A stretch of DNA of 60,020 nt, filler included, from Sluysia triapertura (taxonomy: Eukaryota), in assembly GCA_046118255.1 (NCBI GenBank). It is 4 parts of 4 records of this genome, joined end to end, with 100 filler letters (N's around TTAATTAATTAA, not from the genome) between each part and the next. Parts side by side here need not be neighbours in the genome. Positions count along the whole stretch, not along the records: positions 18,583 to 32,543 come from JBJNIA010012538.1; positions 32,644 to 46,151 come from JBJNIA010035927.1; 2 more parts are not named here. One strand, given 5' to 3'. Within the stretch, counting starts at the first letter, position 1. Each line of letters opens with the position of its first letter. This document shows positions 25,531 to 38,190 of this stretch, piece by piece. Below the pieces are notes generated by a model. It was not told the origin of the DNA, did no database searches, and saw nothing but the letters and a program-made list of their open reading frames with translations. The translations under genes were made by a program, and so were the position numbers.

Positions 25531-25965
25531 GTGGAATTATTATTATATTACTAATATTATATTACTAATTATATTATAATATTATATTACTAACATTCAA
25601 TTAAAAAGTACAAATTAGAAAAATTGTAAATGAAAAAATTCTAAACTCGTAAATAAAATCAATGACCTCACAGTTAGAATTGTGGTGGCCAACCTAATAA
25701 CTTAAAATTTTAATTTTACACTACACATAAAAATCACACTTCATAATATTTCTTATTTTATTTTTTTCAGAAATCTTTAAAATTTTCGAAACTTTAAAAC
25801 ATTTTAACAATATTAAAATCATAGTCAGCATCTTAAGTTATCAAATGTACATTTCAAGTTCACAATTCTTCAACACTCAATCATTAATATCATTGAAAAG
25901 CATTAAATTCACAATTAATTCAAAATTAATTTTTAGTTATTTTCTGGTTATGCCACGGTAAGTGT

Positions 25966-26406
25966 TTATGGATCATTCTAAAAACATACAACAAATAAAA
26001 ATGATTTAAGTTATTAAAATTCGAATAAAAATATATAATGATTACCATTTCACACTTCATCATAGAATCGTCTGGAACTTCAATAACATAAGCAATTGTA
26101 ACGTTGTCATCATTAATGGCTAGTTTTTGTAAATAATGTTTGACTCCCAAAGTCGATAAGATGGATTCTGTTCTATGATAATGATCCACGAAGCAAGCTG
26201 AATAACCAGGAACGTGATGAAATTCAAAAATTATGTGGTAGTAGATGCAGTTCTTGCCGTGCTTGTAACATTTACCAGTTGGGGTAGTTTCATATGGGCA
26301 ATGAGTCATAGGTAAAGTTTTGTTACCGTTATAGAACAACTTGAAATGCTCTTCCTTTGAATTATTATTTGACGATTTTGTCTCTAATGTTTTTTTTATT
26401 AGTCAT
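25966..26406 (-). pseudogene. Atypical CCCH (C-x9-C-x6-C-x3-H) zinc-finger gene, copy A
   Basis: CPYETTPTGKCYKHGKNCIYYH at 26300-26235. Predicted GT..AG intron 26045-25978; the next exon stops after 3 codons. The upstream ATG at 26406 is out of frame across a homopolymer run. Confidence 0.6.
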
Positions 26407-28393
26407 GACTAATGAATTGACATCTACTATATTTGTATTAACTAATTTGTGAAAAGCTAAAAATATATTAATAGAAATTTCTGTAACTTGATCATTAACC
26501 GTTACAATTAATCTATGATTACTTTAATTTTTATTTGCGATATCATAATTCAACGAATAAACATGATTTATACTAAATTGTTTAGATGGAGTTGTATAAT
26601 TTTGTTCAAGCAAACTTTTTGTACTGATGTTTCGTACATGTACTAATTTAACATAAAAGTAATTACTTTGATAATTTAAGATGACTTAATATATAATTGT
26701 GGAATAGTGAGCAAATGTTTTAAAAGAGTTCTTAAATGTAGATTGATGGTTTTGACTGAAGGTAAAGTTTGGATGTTGAAAGCCTGTGAATTTAAAATGT
26801 TTTGAGGTATGAAAAATGGTTTAGTGAATCTGAAAGAAATAAAATGTAAAAAAGGTTTTGATAGAAAATACGTAATATGTTATAGAATGTGGTTTTATGT
26901 GTTATATGTTAAATTAAATTTGAGATATTTTGAATTAATTTTTAAGTAAATCGTTGATGATTTTCGGTATTGAATATGCGATTTTGATGTTATGAAAGTT
27001 TAGAATGTTTGCAAGTAATAACAATTATGAAATATTCTGAAGAGTAATTTTGTTATATGTTATCAAAATGTAAATGTTAAAATCTAAAAACATTTTCATA
27101 TTATTCGTATTGTAAATAATAAAATCTAAAAACATTTTTGTATTAGTTTTAAATAATAAAATTTCATAAATAATAAAAGTTTAAAAATTTTTTAATAATT
27201 AATAATCAAGGAAGTTATATTTATTGAACGGATATTAGTATCATAAATAATCTATTTGCTTATTTATTGAACGGATATTGCTAAATAATTATTTATTTTC
27301 GAAAAGGAAATTAATATTCATTTTAAAAATTTTATTAATAAACATTTAAATTTAACGAAAATCAATATCCAAAGTTCCAAGAGTATAAAAGGTATAATTT
27401 AATGATTAAAATTGATAACAAAAATATAGAAAAGTTTTGGTAATATATTTGGCGAAGAAAAGTTCGTTAGACAATTTATTCGAATCAAATACTTGATTGT
27501 TCGCTAAGTCACGATTGGAATATTCGATTGTTTATCAAGATTATAAGCGTCAGTCAGACAATTTGTTTATATACCAAGTCATAGCGTCACGTGGAACATT
27601 GAATCAATTTTTTGTCAAGTATCATTTGGCTCTTGGAACTAATCTGATTTTGATTACGTAAGCTTATATTACTTAAGTTTTTTCGACCATGATACGCGGT
27701 CTCAAAATCTCACTTAAAATCTTCATTAATTTTAGTAAAAACCCAAAGATAACCTCTGGGTCAAATTCTAACTTAAAATATAAAAAGTTTAAAATTCTAT
27801 TTTTATTATAACTGCGTTTTTATTTTTGAATCTATTGTAACTATACGAAATTTTATCTAATTTTGTTTATAATAAAATTTCCAGTTTATATTGCTTCTTA
27901 TTTCATTTATTAAAGTTGTAAAATTGCAATTAAATTTATAAATTGATTAAAATAAAAGTATTACGAAAATAAAGAGTTAGGAATAAATTATTAAGGAAAA
28001 TAACTGTAGCATAGACAAGAGTTTACTAACCTTCGATTGTGATTAAAATTATACATTAAGGGCTAAATTTATTAGAGTAAAGACATTAGGAATATAGAAA
28101 ACACGAAGAATAAATCGTTAAATAAAAGAGTTCTTAGCCTCGCACGAACAAAAGAGCTTTTTGACCTTCAACTTTGAGTATTTTAAATCCTACGTAAACT
28201 TCCTTCCAGTTAAGATAAAGCGTTTAACGTAGGCGGACCCTATCTTCTAAATTTCTTTTTATAATTGTTCGTATAGGTATAAAACCGAACAAAAATAAAA
28301 TTTTAGGATATTGGGTTTGTCACCAGTTGAAGAAAATTTAATTGTATTATACATACGATCGCAAATGAATATGCTTAAATATAATGAAGCCAG

Positions 28394-28919
28394 ATGCAAA
28401 CAAAATATAATTTCCGATCTGATCAACCGCAAAACTATCATTTTAAACCTGTTGTTTCTAATCCAAGTATAACTTCTGGGATTTACAAAATTTTGGCACA
28501 ATGTCCATCTCAGCTAAACGAATCCGGAATATATCTCAAATTTGGTGCATCTTGCCGCTATTTTCAAAATGTTTTAGAAATAAATTATGATGGCCTAAGA
28601 AATCAAATTAGTAATGAACATTTGGAAGGTTTGAATGATCTGCTCATACCTATACAAAGTAACACAATCAGCCATAACCCAAAAATCAGTAAAATTCACA
28701 TTCAAGCCATGAACAATATTGCATCTTCTAGTCAGGTTAACGAGTCAAGATTTAAAGTAATTTTTAATATTCATGTTATAAAAATATATGATCTTTATTT
28801 CTATTTATTATTAGGAGTCTAACAAGAAAATCCACGTCGTGCCGAATACAAGCAGTTTAATTCATAATCGCATAAAATTAACAATTTTTGTGCAGTGTCA
28901 CTTTAAACTCAATTTGTAA
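28394..28919 (+). pseudogene. Atypical CCCH zinc-finger gene, copy B (two ligands mutated)
   Basis: CPSQLNESGIYLKFGASCRYFQ at 28502-28567 (C>Y and H>Q are each one-nucleotide changes). Predicted GT..AG intron 28757-28814. Confidence 0.55.
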
Positions 28920-31900
28920 TAAATTTTCCTTCTTTGTCATTTTATTGAATAAAAAAGTTAATGATAAAATGTTTAAATTAAATCTTGTTAACTCGTTTGG
29001 TAAAAGGAAAATAAAAAATGTTAATTTAATTTATATTAATTTCAATCAAAGAAGTGACAATAAGATTATAACTAAAATAATTATAATTCTACAATACCCA
29101 AAAGAACTAACTATTATAAATAGCGATTTCAGACATTAAAACAGTTTTCTAAATCTATTCTAATTGTGACTTAAAAGTTGAATAGTTTAAATAACATAAT
29201 TTTATTCGTAATGTCATATACTTATCAAATCAACAAATCAAATAGAATTAGAGGATCAAAGAATTTAATTAATTAGGTTTTTTCGGATCATTTTTAAAGA
29301 AAACATATGTTGCAACAAATTATTTAATTATCTTTGCGAAAAAATTCGTTAGTCTGAAATTTTTATAAGATTAAATATTTTCCAGAAAACAATAAAGTTT
29401 TAACTTGTACAAAGTGAACAGTATTTGTAAAATTCATTACACAAAAGATTTATTAAATAACCCTCGAATTAACAGTTTTGTTGTATTAAAAACTTTGTAT
29501 TTTAATTATAACATTACGAAATATTGATTTTGTGTTAGTAAAACTTGAATTGCTAATATAAATTTTCGTTCATTAATTATTATAATTTTCCTCATATCTT
29601 TAGACGTGAACCTAACTTATGTATTTAAAAACTTCTTTCGAAATTTATAGTGATAATAAATGACTGGCACAATTATAATAAATCAAAATTATTCTAATTA
29701 AAGTTCCTTGTAAATTGTATCTCATTTAAATTACAAGAAACAAATCTCGCTATAATAACGGAATTCAATCATTCGAGCATATTGCTTCTTAATGACCTTC
29801 AATTGTAGTGAACTCCACATTTTCACAGCAAACGTTTCTTACATAAACAAAACACTAAATAAATTGCTCGATTCATAAAATGAAGTATCAATTTACATAA
29901 GTACAAATTCATATTCAATCTGGTATTGGTATTTTCGCCAATGTTGCGATTATTATCGTACTATATGAAATAAGTTTAGAGCATGAAATATGATTAGATA
30001 TATCTTTTTATTATACATTACAAACTAATTATATTTATAGGTTTTGTTTTATTTAATTTTCATATTTTATGTTACGATATGTTGAATTGCATTATATTCA
30101 GCAATATTTAAATGAAAATATTAATTTTGTTTTAGCTCGAACGACTTCATTTTTTTAATATGTTGTCCTAATATATTTAAAAATCATTTCGAGTTTCGAA
30201 ATTTTTGTGCAAGTATCAATTCAAATCCTTTGATATGTAAGGAATCGAGCTCTGATCATTCTTGTTCAATAATCAATTATGCCAAATGAAGCAGACTAGT
30301 TATCAAACTAATCAAGCTACTTTTCGAAATTTTTAAAGAAACTTACGCTATATCTATAGGTATATTTATACTTGTCATTTTACTTCTGATAACATTTTAT
30401 AATAATTTTTTTGCGTTGTTCAAATTCTTTGTTATTGATTTTGTAAATGTTTTAAAATTTGTATTTGTGAATATTTTGATTAGGTTAACTTATTTATAAA
30501 TAAATAAATATTTTAAGTTTTGTTGAATTTAAAATTTCCAATAATTTAAATATTTCTTCGCCATCACCAAACCACTAAAGCTTGCATTATCTTTCGCTGA
30601 CACATATGAGTTGGCCCTTAAGTATATAAGACCAAAAATATCATAGTGGGCTTACAAACAAGAAGTAAAACAAAACATATTAACAAAGCCTAAAATTTTC
30701 ACAGTAACAATTAAAACAAAACCTAATAATCCTCACAAACAAAGAAAGAGATGATGATGTTAATATATACAGTCGATTATGATAAATAAAGTTAAATCCC
30801 ATGATAAAGTTATGTTAATAATTAAAGTTTATGCTGAAAATAAAGAGATTTTGATGATGAAGGTTGAAGTTATTATCAAAGATGTTATTGCAATTTAAAC
30901 ATCACATGTAAATAATTTAATTTAATTTAATTTTTCAAAAAAATTATTATAAATATAATTATCAACTTATTCAGTAATAGATTTTTACAAAAATTTTAAT
31001 TATCACTTGAAATTCAAATTGTAAATGATTCAAAAAAGACATTTTAAATATGAACATTACTTCTTCCAATCATGGGTTTTTACATAAATACTTAATCGCG
31101 TTATTAAAATTAAAAGTGTAAATAATTCAATATTTTTGTCAAAAAAGATATTGTAATTAAATATATCCTATTGATTAACTGTAGAATATTAAATAATATT
31201 TCAACTATATTATGTAAGACAAAATCTATACTAATATATTTGTGTCTAATATCAAATTTACGATATTCTCATTCTATAATACAAATGTATTAGTAAATAG
31301 TTATCAAATGGCAAACAAAACATTCTTATTCTCCAGAGATGTACTTCTAACAATTTACAGCCAAACGCATCACTACAAATTTATCAATGTGCTGCAATCC
31401 TTTATTAATCTCATAATTTTCTTTTAAAATTTTTATTCTTTTTAATTCTAATATCGGCTTAAGGCTCCAAAACACTTAACTAATTCATTAAAAGAATAAT
31501 TTAATGAACGAGAAACAAGGTAACAGTAATGACATTAAATAATCAAAAGTCATTGAATAAAAAAGGATTAAATTCTACTCTGTAGATCATATTCCGGACG
31601 TATGCGATACTCTTGTGTAAATAATACAAAGGTACAAAGGTTAAATAATATTATCGAAGGTCAAAGGCCAAATATTAGATTTTAAACAAAATATTAGATT
31701 TTAAAGTTTAAATTTCAAATTAAATATATTAAAGTTTAATTGTTTAAATCCATTGGACATTTTATAATTAAATCAATTTAATTAAATAAGAATAATTATT
31801 GGAAATTTTATGAAATAATTTAATTAAATAAGAAAATTGTTGGAAATTTTATAATCAAACGTTATCCAAGTTAGTGTAATTATTGATAATATTATATTAT

Positions 31901-32543
31901 TTTATTTATTAAAAACATTACTAAAATTAATATTAATATTAAATCTATAATTATTAAAAATAATAAGCATTATTAAAATTAAAAATTAAAATTATTTGCT
32001 TCAATTTTTTGTTTTAATGCTTTCAAGGGCAGTTCTAAACAAGTATATAAGGTGACACATTTAAACATCTTCACACAAATATTTATACGATATATTCAGT
32101 TAACGTTTTATACTTTTAAAATCTTTACCGAGTGATTTTGGACAGCTTCATCTAAGTATACGTACAGTTTCTTGCGATAATTGGAAAATTTTTCGACTAC
32201 AAATTTTGCAAAGGAAGTGCTATTCTTCGTTAGTTTTTATATTTAAGTTTTTAGCAATTTATAAAATTTCCTTGCTAAAATATTACGTAAACTTCATTTT
32301 CTAATTTTCCCGCTATCATTTAGAGATAGCGCATTAAAATCCACATAAAAATTTACTTCTAGATTATATTTGAAATAATCTATCCTAATATTTTATTATT
32401 TTATTATAATTTAATTGATCACTATTGTACATTTTTCATTTTATTAATAAAGTTTGGATATTTTATTATAAATTTTCTGATATTAGTAACAGTTCCTTAG
32501 CGAATCGGAGTAAACTTATTAAAATGTTCACTTTCATTGAACC

Positions 32544-32643
32544 NNNNNNNNNNNNNNNNNNNNNNNNNNNNNNNNNNNNNNNNNNNNTTAATTAATTAAN
32601 NNNNNNNNNNNNNNNNNNNNNNNNNNNNNNNNNNNNNNNNNNN
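32544..32643. other. Artificial scaffold linker (44 N + TTAATTAATTAA + 44 N)
   Basis: Directly visible. Confidence 0.97.
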
Positions 32644-33399
32644 ATTAAATAATTAAACAAATATAAAATCTCACTTTTAAATATTAATTTCCAAATAAAA
32701 ATCGAAATAATAATGTTTTTTAAAAAATCAATAGTGATAATAATGTTCAAAATAATAATGTTTTTAAATTTAACGATAATGTTTTATATTCAAAATAATA
32801 ATAGCAATATGCATTGATCAAGTATAACAATCATTTCAGTGTATCAAGTATAGTAATCAAATCAAATTTAGCAGTCAAAGTTTTTACAATTTATTATCAT
32901 TTAATCACTCTTATTAGCATATTCATTTCGTATATTATCGTTGTTACTACCACTACTATTCTATCAGTAATGACAGTAGATGATGTATACAAATTGAAAA
33001 AATGTCATTACTGATAGTCATTTAATCAAATATGGTGTTGGCGTGTCTTCAAATGCAACTACATACACACATCTATTAAAGTAACTAACTTCATTCGATG
33101 TCCAATCAATATTATTAATTCACAATGTTTTTGGTCATTTTATTGGAAATCCAATAACACACAATTTTCCTGACAAAAATAAACCACACAGTAATAACAA
33201 AAAATAAAAAACGTTATTAAGAACCAAAAAATTAATACGATCTCAAACAATGTAACTAGTTTAAGAAATTTATTATATGATCCTATATCATAAAAATTCT
33301 TAATTTAATGATGAATATTTTTAATTTTGAAGAAACTTTTATCAGCTACTAAACACATACATCGAATGATAATTATGAACTCAAAATAAGTAATTATTT

Positions 33400-34376
33400 A
33401 AATTTAACTGATGCACAAAGTTCGAAATTACTTCACAAATGCCTTTTAGATTTAAGGAGAGTGAATGATGAATCTGATGAAGATTAAAATGGATCTTGTG
33501 AAGATATCAATATTCCAGACATTAAAAATCAAACATTAGAATCAGATACAGTCCTGTTTAAATCGTCTAACTTTGATATGAATCACATAATTCAGAATCA
33601 TAATGTTATCTACAGAGATCGCCTAGAGCTAGCTGATGTTGACTACAACACGTTTGTGTCATCATCTAACTTAGATGAAGAATTCAAACAAAAAAATAAG
33701 CTGATAAATCAATTAATTATGTTGAATATTCACATAAATAATGTTAAAAGTAATGACGGGTTGCATGATTTACAAAAAGTCAACCATATAAAAAATCAAC
33801 CAAATCTATATGTCTTGCTAACGATCAACTAAAATTATCATCATCTATGTATATCAAAGATCGAATTTCTAAGATCGAATTGGAATACCGATCAAGGTTA
33901 ATGCCGGTTTCATGGAATATGCATGAAGTTAATCTCAAATTTAGATTTTTAGCGTCTGCTGCACCACATAGAAAATTACCATGTTTAATGAATAATAATC
34001 ACTATGCCAAGCATTTAATTAGAACATTAAGAATGCAGATTGTATGAATATGAAGTCTATTTCACAATATAGCTCTATAATAAACGTCATTGACACTTTT
34101 CTACATGGTAAAGCTATAGACTGAGCTAAATATTCATCTAAGATATTTAAAAGAATATTAAAATTCCACTTATACCAACGTACATCAACAAACAGTTTAG
34201 CCTATTCAATCCAATCGTACAGTCGAATAACGAAAATAAAGATACAAATAATTCCACAAATGATAATTCGGATAAAACATCATTTTTACACGAACGTTTG
34301 GACCAATGTACTCACCATACAAATGAACTTGGAATTTGCATGAAGTTTGGGAATGAGTGTAAATATTTTCACAACG
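33400..34376 (+). pseudogene. Degenerate ORF ending in atypical CCCH finger, copy C; truncated by a repeat at 34377
   Basis: LDQCTHHTNELGICMKFGNECKYFHNV (first Cys 34307, His 34370-34372), preceded by broken ORFs 33578..33832 and 33847..34047. Start approximate. Confidence 0.55.
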
Positions 34377-35408
34377 TGTAGTGGCCAACCCCTTAACTCA
34401 AAATTAAGAATAATTCAATTAAAATAAAATCCACCACAATCACACTCAGCAACTACAATCACCACACAATTCATCACATAAAATAACAATACTCACAACT
34501 ACTACCTTAACACTTCACCAAACTACATCTGACAATAAATTAATCCATATCTGAACATTCCCAACTCAATAAACTCTTACATTCATTTCAACAACTCAAG
34601 ACACTCACTCACTAAATACCTTATCAAAATTCACAACATCAATTCATCAAACACTTCACCAACCAACTCACAACCATCACATAAACCCCATAAATCATAA
34701 ACACAAGAACATTCAAATCATACTTATAACCATTTCAGAAACAATACCATTCTACCCAAAATTTCAAGCTACAATAACATTCAAACCCTTCATCTGCAAC
34801 AATGTCCACAACAGCACGAGATATACAAAATTATTTCGCAAGTCTTTATAAAATCAATTTAACTTCAATCTTTCCAATAAATAGTTCACACCTAATGCAT
34901 AGACCTTATTCTCAGCCATAAACCTTTTCAGTAAACTTCTACTAAACTTGTTCTACATTCCCATCTTTCTTCATCACTTACATTTATATTTCTATTTTAT
35001 TACTCAATATGTCCAAGATCAAAAGATTTAAGAGAAAAAGATCTTGTAGTTTAAGAAAGATTATGTTGACAAAAAGATACAAGATATTCATGTATTTTGA
35101 ATTTATTTATTATTACCACTTTTATTATTCTTATTATAGACATTTTAGCATTATTATTACCACCACTCATTATTAGTAATTACATTATTATTAGTTCCTT
35201 ATTATTATTTCTTTATTATTATTATTGTACTTTTAATTTTACTAATGTAATATTATTATTATTACTCACAATCATCACCATTATCAACCACTACACTTTA
35301 ATAGTGATGTAATAATTATACATTAGTCAAAATCAACAATAATCAAGACATCAGACAATCGATATTATTCACATAACACCTGTATAATCATCACAGTCAG
35401 CAAGCACA

Positions 35409-35815
35409 AACCAATCAGAGTACATATCTCCCATCAGCTTTTTGACTACTCTGATTGGTTATTCAAAATTAAATCTGTCACGAAGTAATTAGTCAGACAA
35501 ATAGTAATAAAAATTTAAACACGCTGATTGGGTAACAAATTAGTAAGCACTGAATCAATTACAAGAAATCAATAAAAAGCAGCCATATTGATAATTAACA
35601 ACAACAGAGTACACAAATAAAAGCGACCATTATTAATAATAATAACACAAAAAGTAAAAATTATCAGAAGCCAATTAAAAAGAGAATTACAAAATAAAAA
35701 TTTATTGGCAGCCATTGTAATAACAAAAAAATTTTTATCCAGACATTACTTAAAAGATTATTTTGGACAGTTCTTACCAAAATTTAATAATCACGAGTGA
35801 CGGCCATTTTGTAAA
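35409..35815. promoter_or_regulatory. Cluster of CCAAT (NF-Y-like) boxes and GCCAT (YY1-like) motifs
   Basis: Perfect 14-bp inverted pair AACCAATCAGAGTA (35409-35422) / TACTCTGATTGGTT (35447-35460); CTGATTGG at ~35524; GCAGCCAT at ~35579 and ~35708; GCGACCAT at ~35623; GACGGCCATTTTG at ~35799. Confidence 0.5.
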
Positions 35816-35941
35816 AGTTAATCAAAGCACAAAACTTTAAACAAATTAAGCAGACAGACACAAGAGAAAGAAAATAAAACGGCGATATTAAACGAATAAT
35901 CGAAATATTCTGATAACCTACGTGATGGATAGTTTCAGAGA

Positions 35942-36041
35942 NNNNNNNNNNNNNNNNNNNNNNNNNNNNNNNNNNNNNNNNNNNNNNNNNNNNNNNNNNN
36001 NNNNNNNNNNNNNNNNNNNNNNNNNNNNNNNNNNNNNNNNN
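35942..36041. other. 100-N assembly gap
   Basis: Directly visible. Confidence 0.98.
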
Positions 36042-36042
36042 T

Positions 36043-37014
36043 TTAATTTTCGACACGTATGATGATGCACCAAGATGGAATAAAGCAGGAACCGGCTATG
36101 TTACAATTTTAGATGTTGTATATATTTTAGTTAAAGAAAGTCAAGTAAGATGTGAAAGTAGTTTGAGACAAGATGCATGTTCTGTTAAAGTTTTAGATTT
36201 AATTTTCGACACGTATGATGATGCACCAAGATGGAATAAAGCAGGAACCGGCTATGTTACAATTTTAGATGTTGCAAAAATTTTAGTTAGACAAAGCCAA
36301 GCAAGATACGAAGATCGCGAATGTTTAGTTTCCTCAGATTTCTACGGTATGCACCTTATAAAAGGTAGTCTCAGCGAGATGTTCAATTGTAAATATAGTG
36401 TAAATCATCTGGGTAATTCGAATGGAACATTTGGACTATTATTAGGTGAGAATTTGTATTCTAATAATTCTTCTATAAACATTTACTATGTTTTATTTTA
36501 TTGTCTTTATTCCAGATGTACATGTCAGGGGCCTGAATTCACGAAGAAGAAGATATCGCTGAGGTGTAGCCACAACAACAATTCCTATTTTTCTCAATTT
36601 TATGTAATATTAATAAATAATTCAAAGCAACGTTTTCATTTCGATAATTTAAATTTTGAACTCGAAATTTCATTATTAGATGTTTTAAAAAAAGAATTTT
36701 ATCCTAAGGCGAAACCAAGTACGGATAACATAACGATAAATGTTTATTACAAAACCTTATACTATAGTTCGATTTTCGAAAACATTACAACTGTGATTGA
36801 CCCTTTCGATAACGAAAGTCAATCAAATGAACTTGTTCTTTTCCAATCCAAAAGCTTTAAATATATCACGACACTCGGCCATTATAACAATTTAAAATCA
36901 CATTTAACAGAACTACCCATAGTAATTTCGGGAAAGTCAGATAGATTAGATTACAACCTCTTATTGATTAAGCAACCCCATCTCGAACAACCGAACGAAT
37001 GTAGGACTCGATAA
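36043..37014 (+). CDS. Orphan ORF (>320 codons, open from the gap) with an in-frame 156-bp/52-aa N-terminal repeat
   Basis: The frame is open from 36043. 'LIFDTYDDAPRWNKAGTGYVTILDV' occurs twice (36043 and 36199). Longest ORF in the window; no family recognised. Confidence 0.5.
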   Translation, partial: LIFDTYDDAPRWNKAGTGYVTILDVVYILVKESQVRCESSLRQDACSVKVLDLIFDTYDDAPRWNKAGTGYVTILDVAKILVRQSQARYEDRECLVSSDFYGMHLIKGSLSEMFNCKYSVNHLGNSNGTFGLLLGENLYSNNSSINIYYVLFYCLYSRCTCQGPEFTKKKISLRCSHNNNSYFSQFYVILINNSKQRFHFDNLNFELEISLLDVLKKEFYPKAKPSTDNITINVYYKTLYYSSIFENITTVIDPFDNESQSNELVLFQSKSFKYITTLGHYNNLKSHLTELPIVISGKSDRLDYNLLLIKQPHLEQPNECRTR

Positions 37015-38190
37015 TTCTACGCTTTACAAATTCACAAGCTAGATTTAAATCAAATTTATGCGTAAGACTTGTTAAGTTAGTAAAAAAAGGAGAGAAAAAA
37101 GTAGAACATTTCAAAGCATTTATAATAAGATTTCCTTACATCGTACTATTTGCCAAGAGTAAGTACATTGCCCATTGTTTTTTTCAAAAATTTGACAAAT
37201 AGTATTAGGTTTTATAAAAATATTAATAATTATGAACACATTGGTCCCTTGATCAATAAATAATCTTAAATTTGAGATCAGTTTAAACACAATGTAAATA
37301 ATGCTCATTATAAAAATCATTTTAATTTTCTTCATTTTCAAAAAAAAATCGTATTAGCTTCTTTATTTTAAAATCATTATTTTAATTTTTCATTAATTAT
37401 TATAAAGAATCATTGAGATCATGTTTTTATAGAATAACTATATTAAATTAAGATTACGTAGAAATAAAACAAATTCAAAATTTAGTAACAAATAACAAAT
37501 TGTATAAGTAATCATTTTAAATTGAGATTGTATAAAGATGTCATGAAATCCAAATTTATAAACATTAAACTCTACTATCATAGTTAATTAAATAATAAAA
37601 TCATGTTAAATAAAGATTAGAAGGAAATATTGTAAAATTAAAATTTAAGAGCATAATATTCTTAAAACCGAGATTTAGATAAAATAAAATCATATTAAAT
37701 TAGGATTAAATTGAGACAATCAAAATTCAATAACAATAGTAATAATAATGATGTATTAGTAATAATAACAATAATAATTCTAACAAAAGCTATAAAGTCA
37801 TTTTAGAAAGTATAAATGGCAAATATTAGATACTTGCAAATATAATACTATGCAATAAATACAAAAGTGTATGCTAGTAGTATAAAACTGCATACTCATA
37901 GTTGGTTTTTTCTATAGAAGCTCTTCGATATATAATATGCAATATGACACAACATTATTCACAATACAATTTACTATTAATAATATAATATAATTTTGGA
38001 CCGCATAACATTTGATTTTATTACAAACAAGAATTAAGCTATTGCATGGTATGCCTGATTTGGAAAAATTGATTGTTTTTGAAAGAATCGAAAAGCACAC
38101 TTAAAATATGATCATCACGGAACAAAAATGATTTTCTAATGTCGAGAGATTCTTTTAGAGTTTAGTTTCTGTTTGATTTCTGCTTCATAT

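Noticed and set aside
35097-35312. Apparent membrane protein
   Set aside because: Translation of ATT-rich low-complexity DNA.
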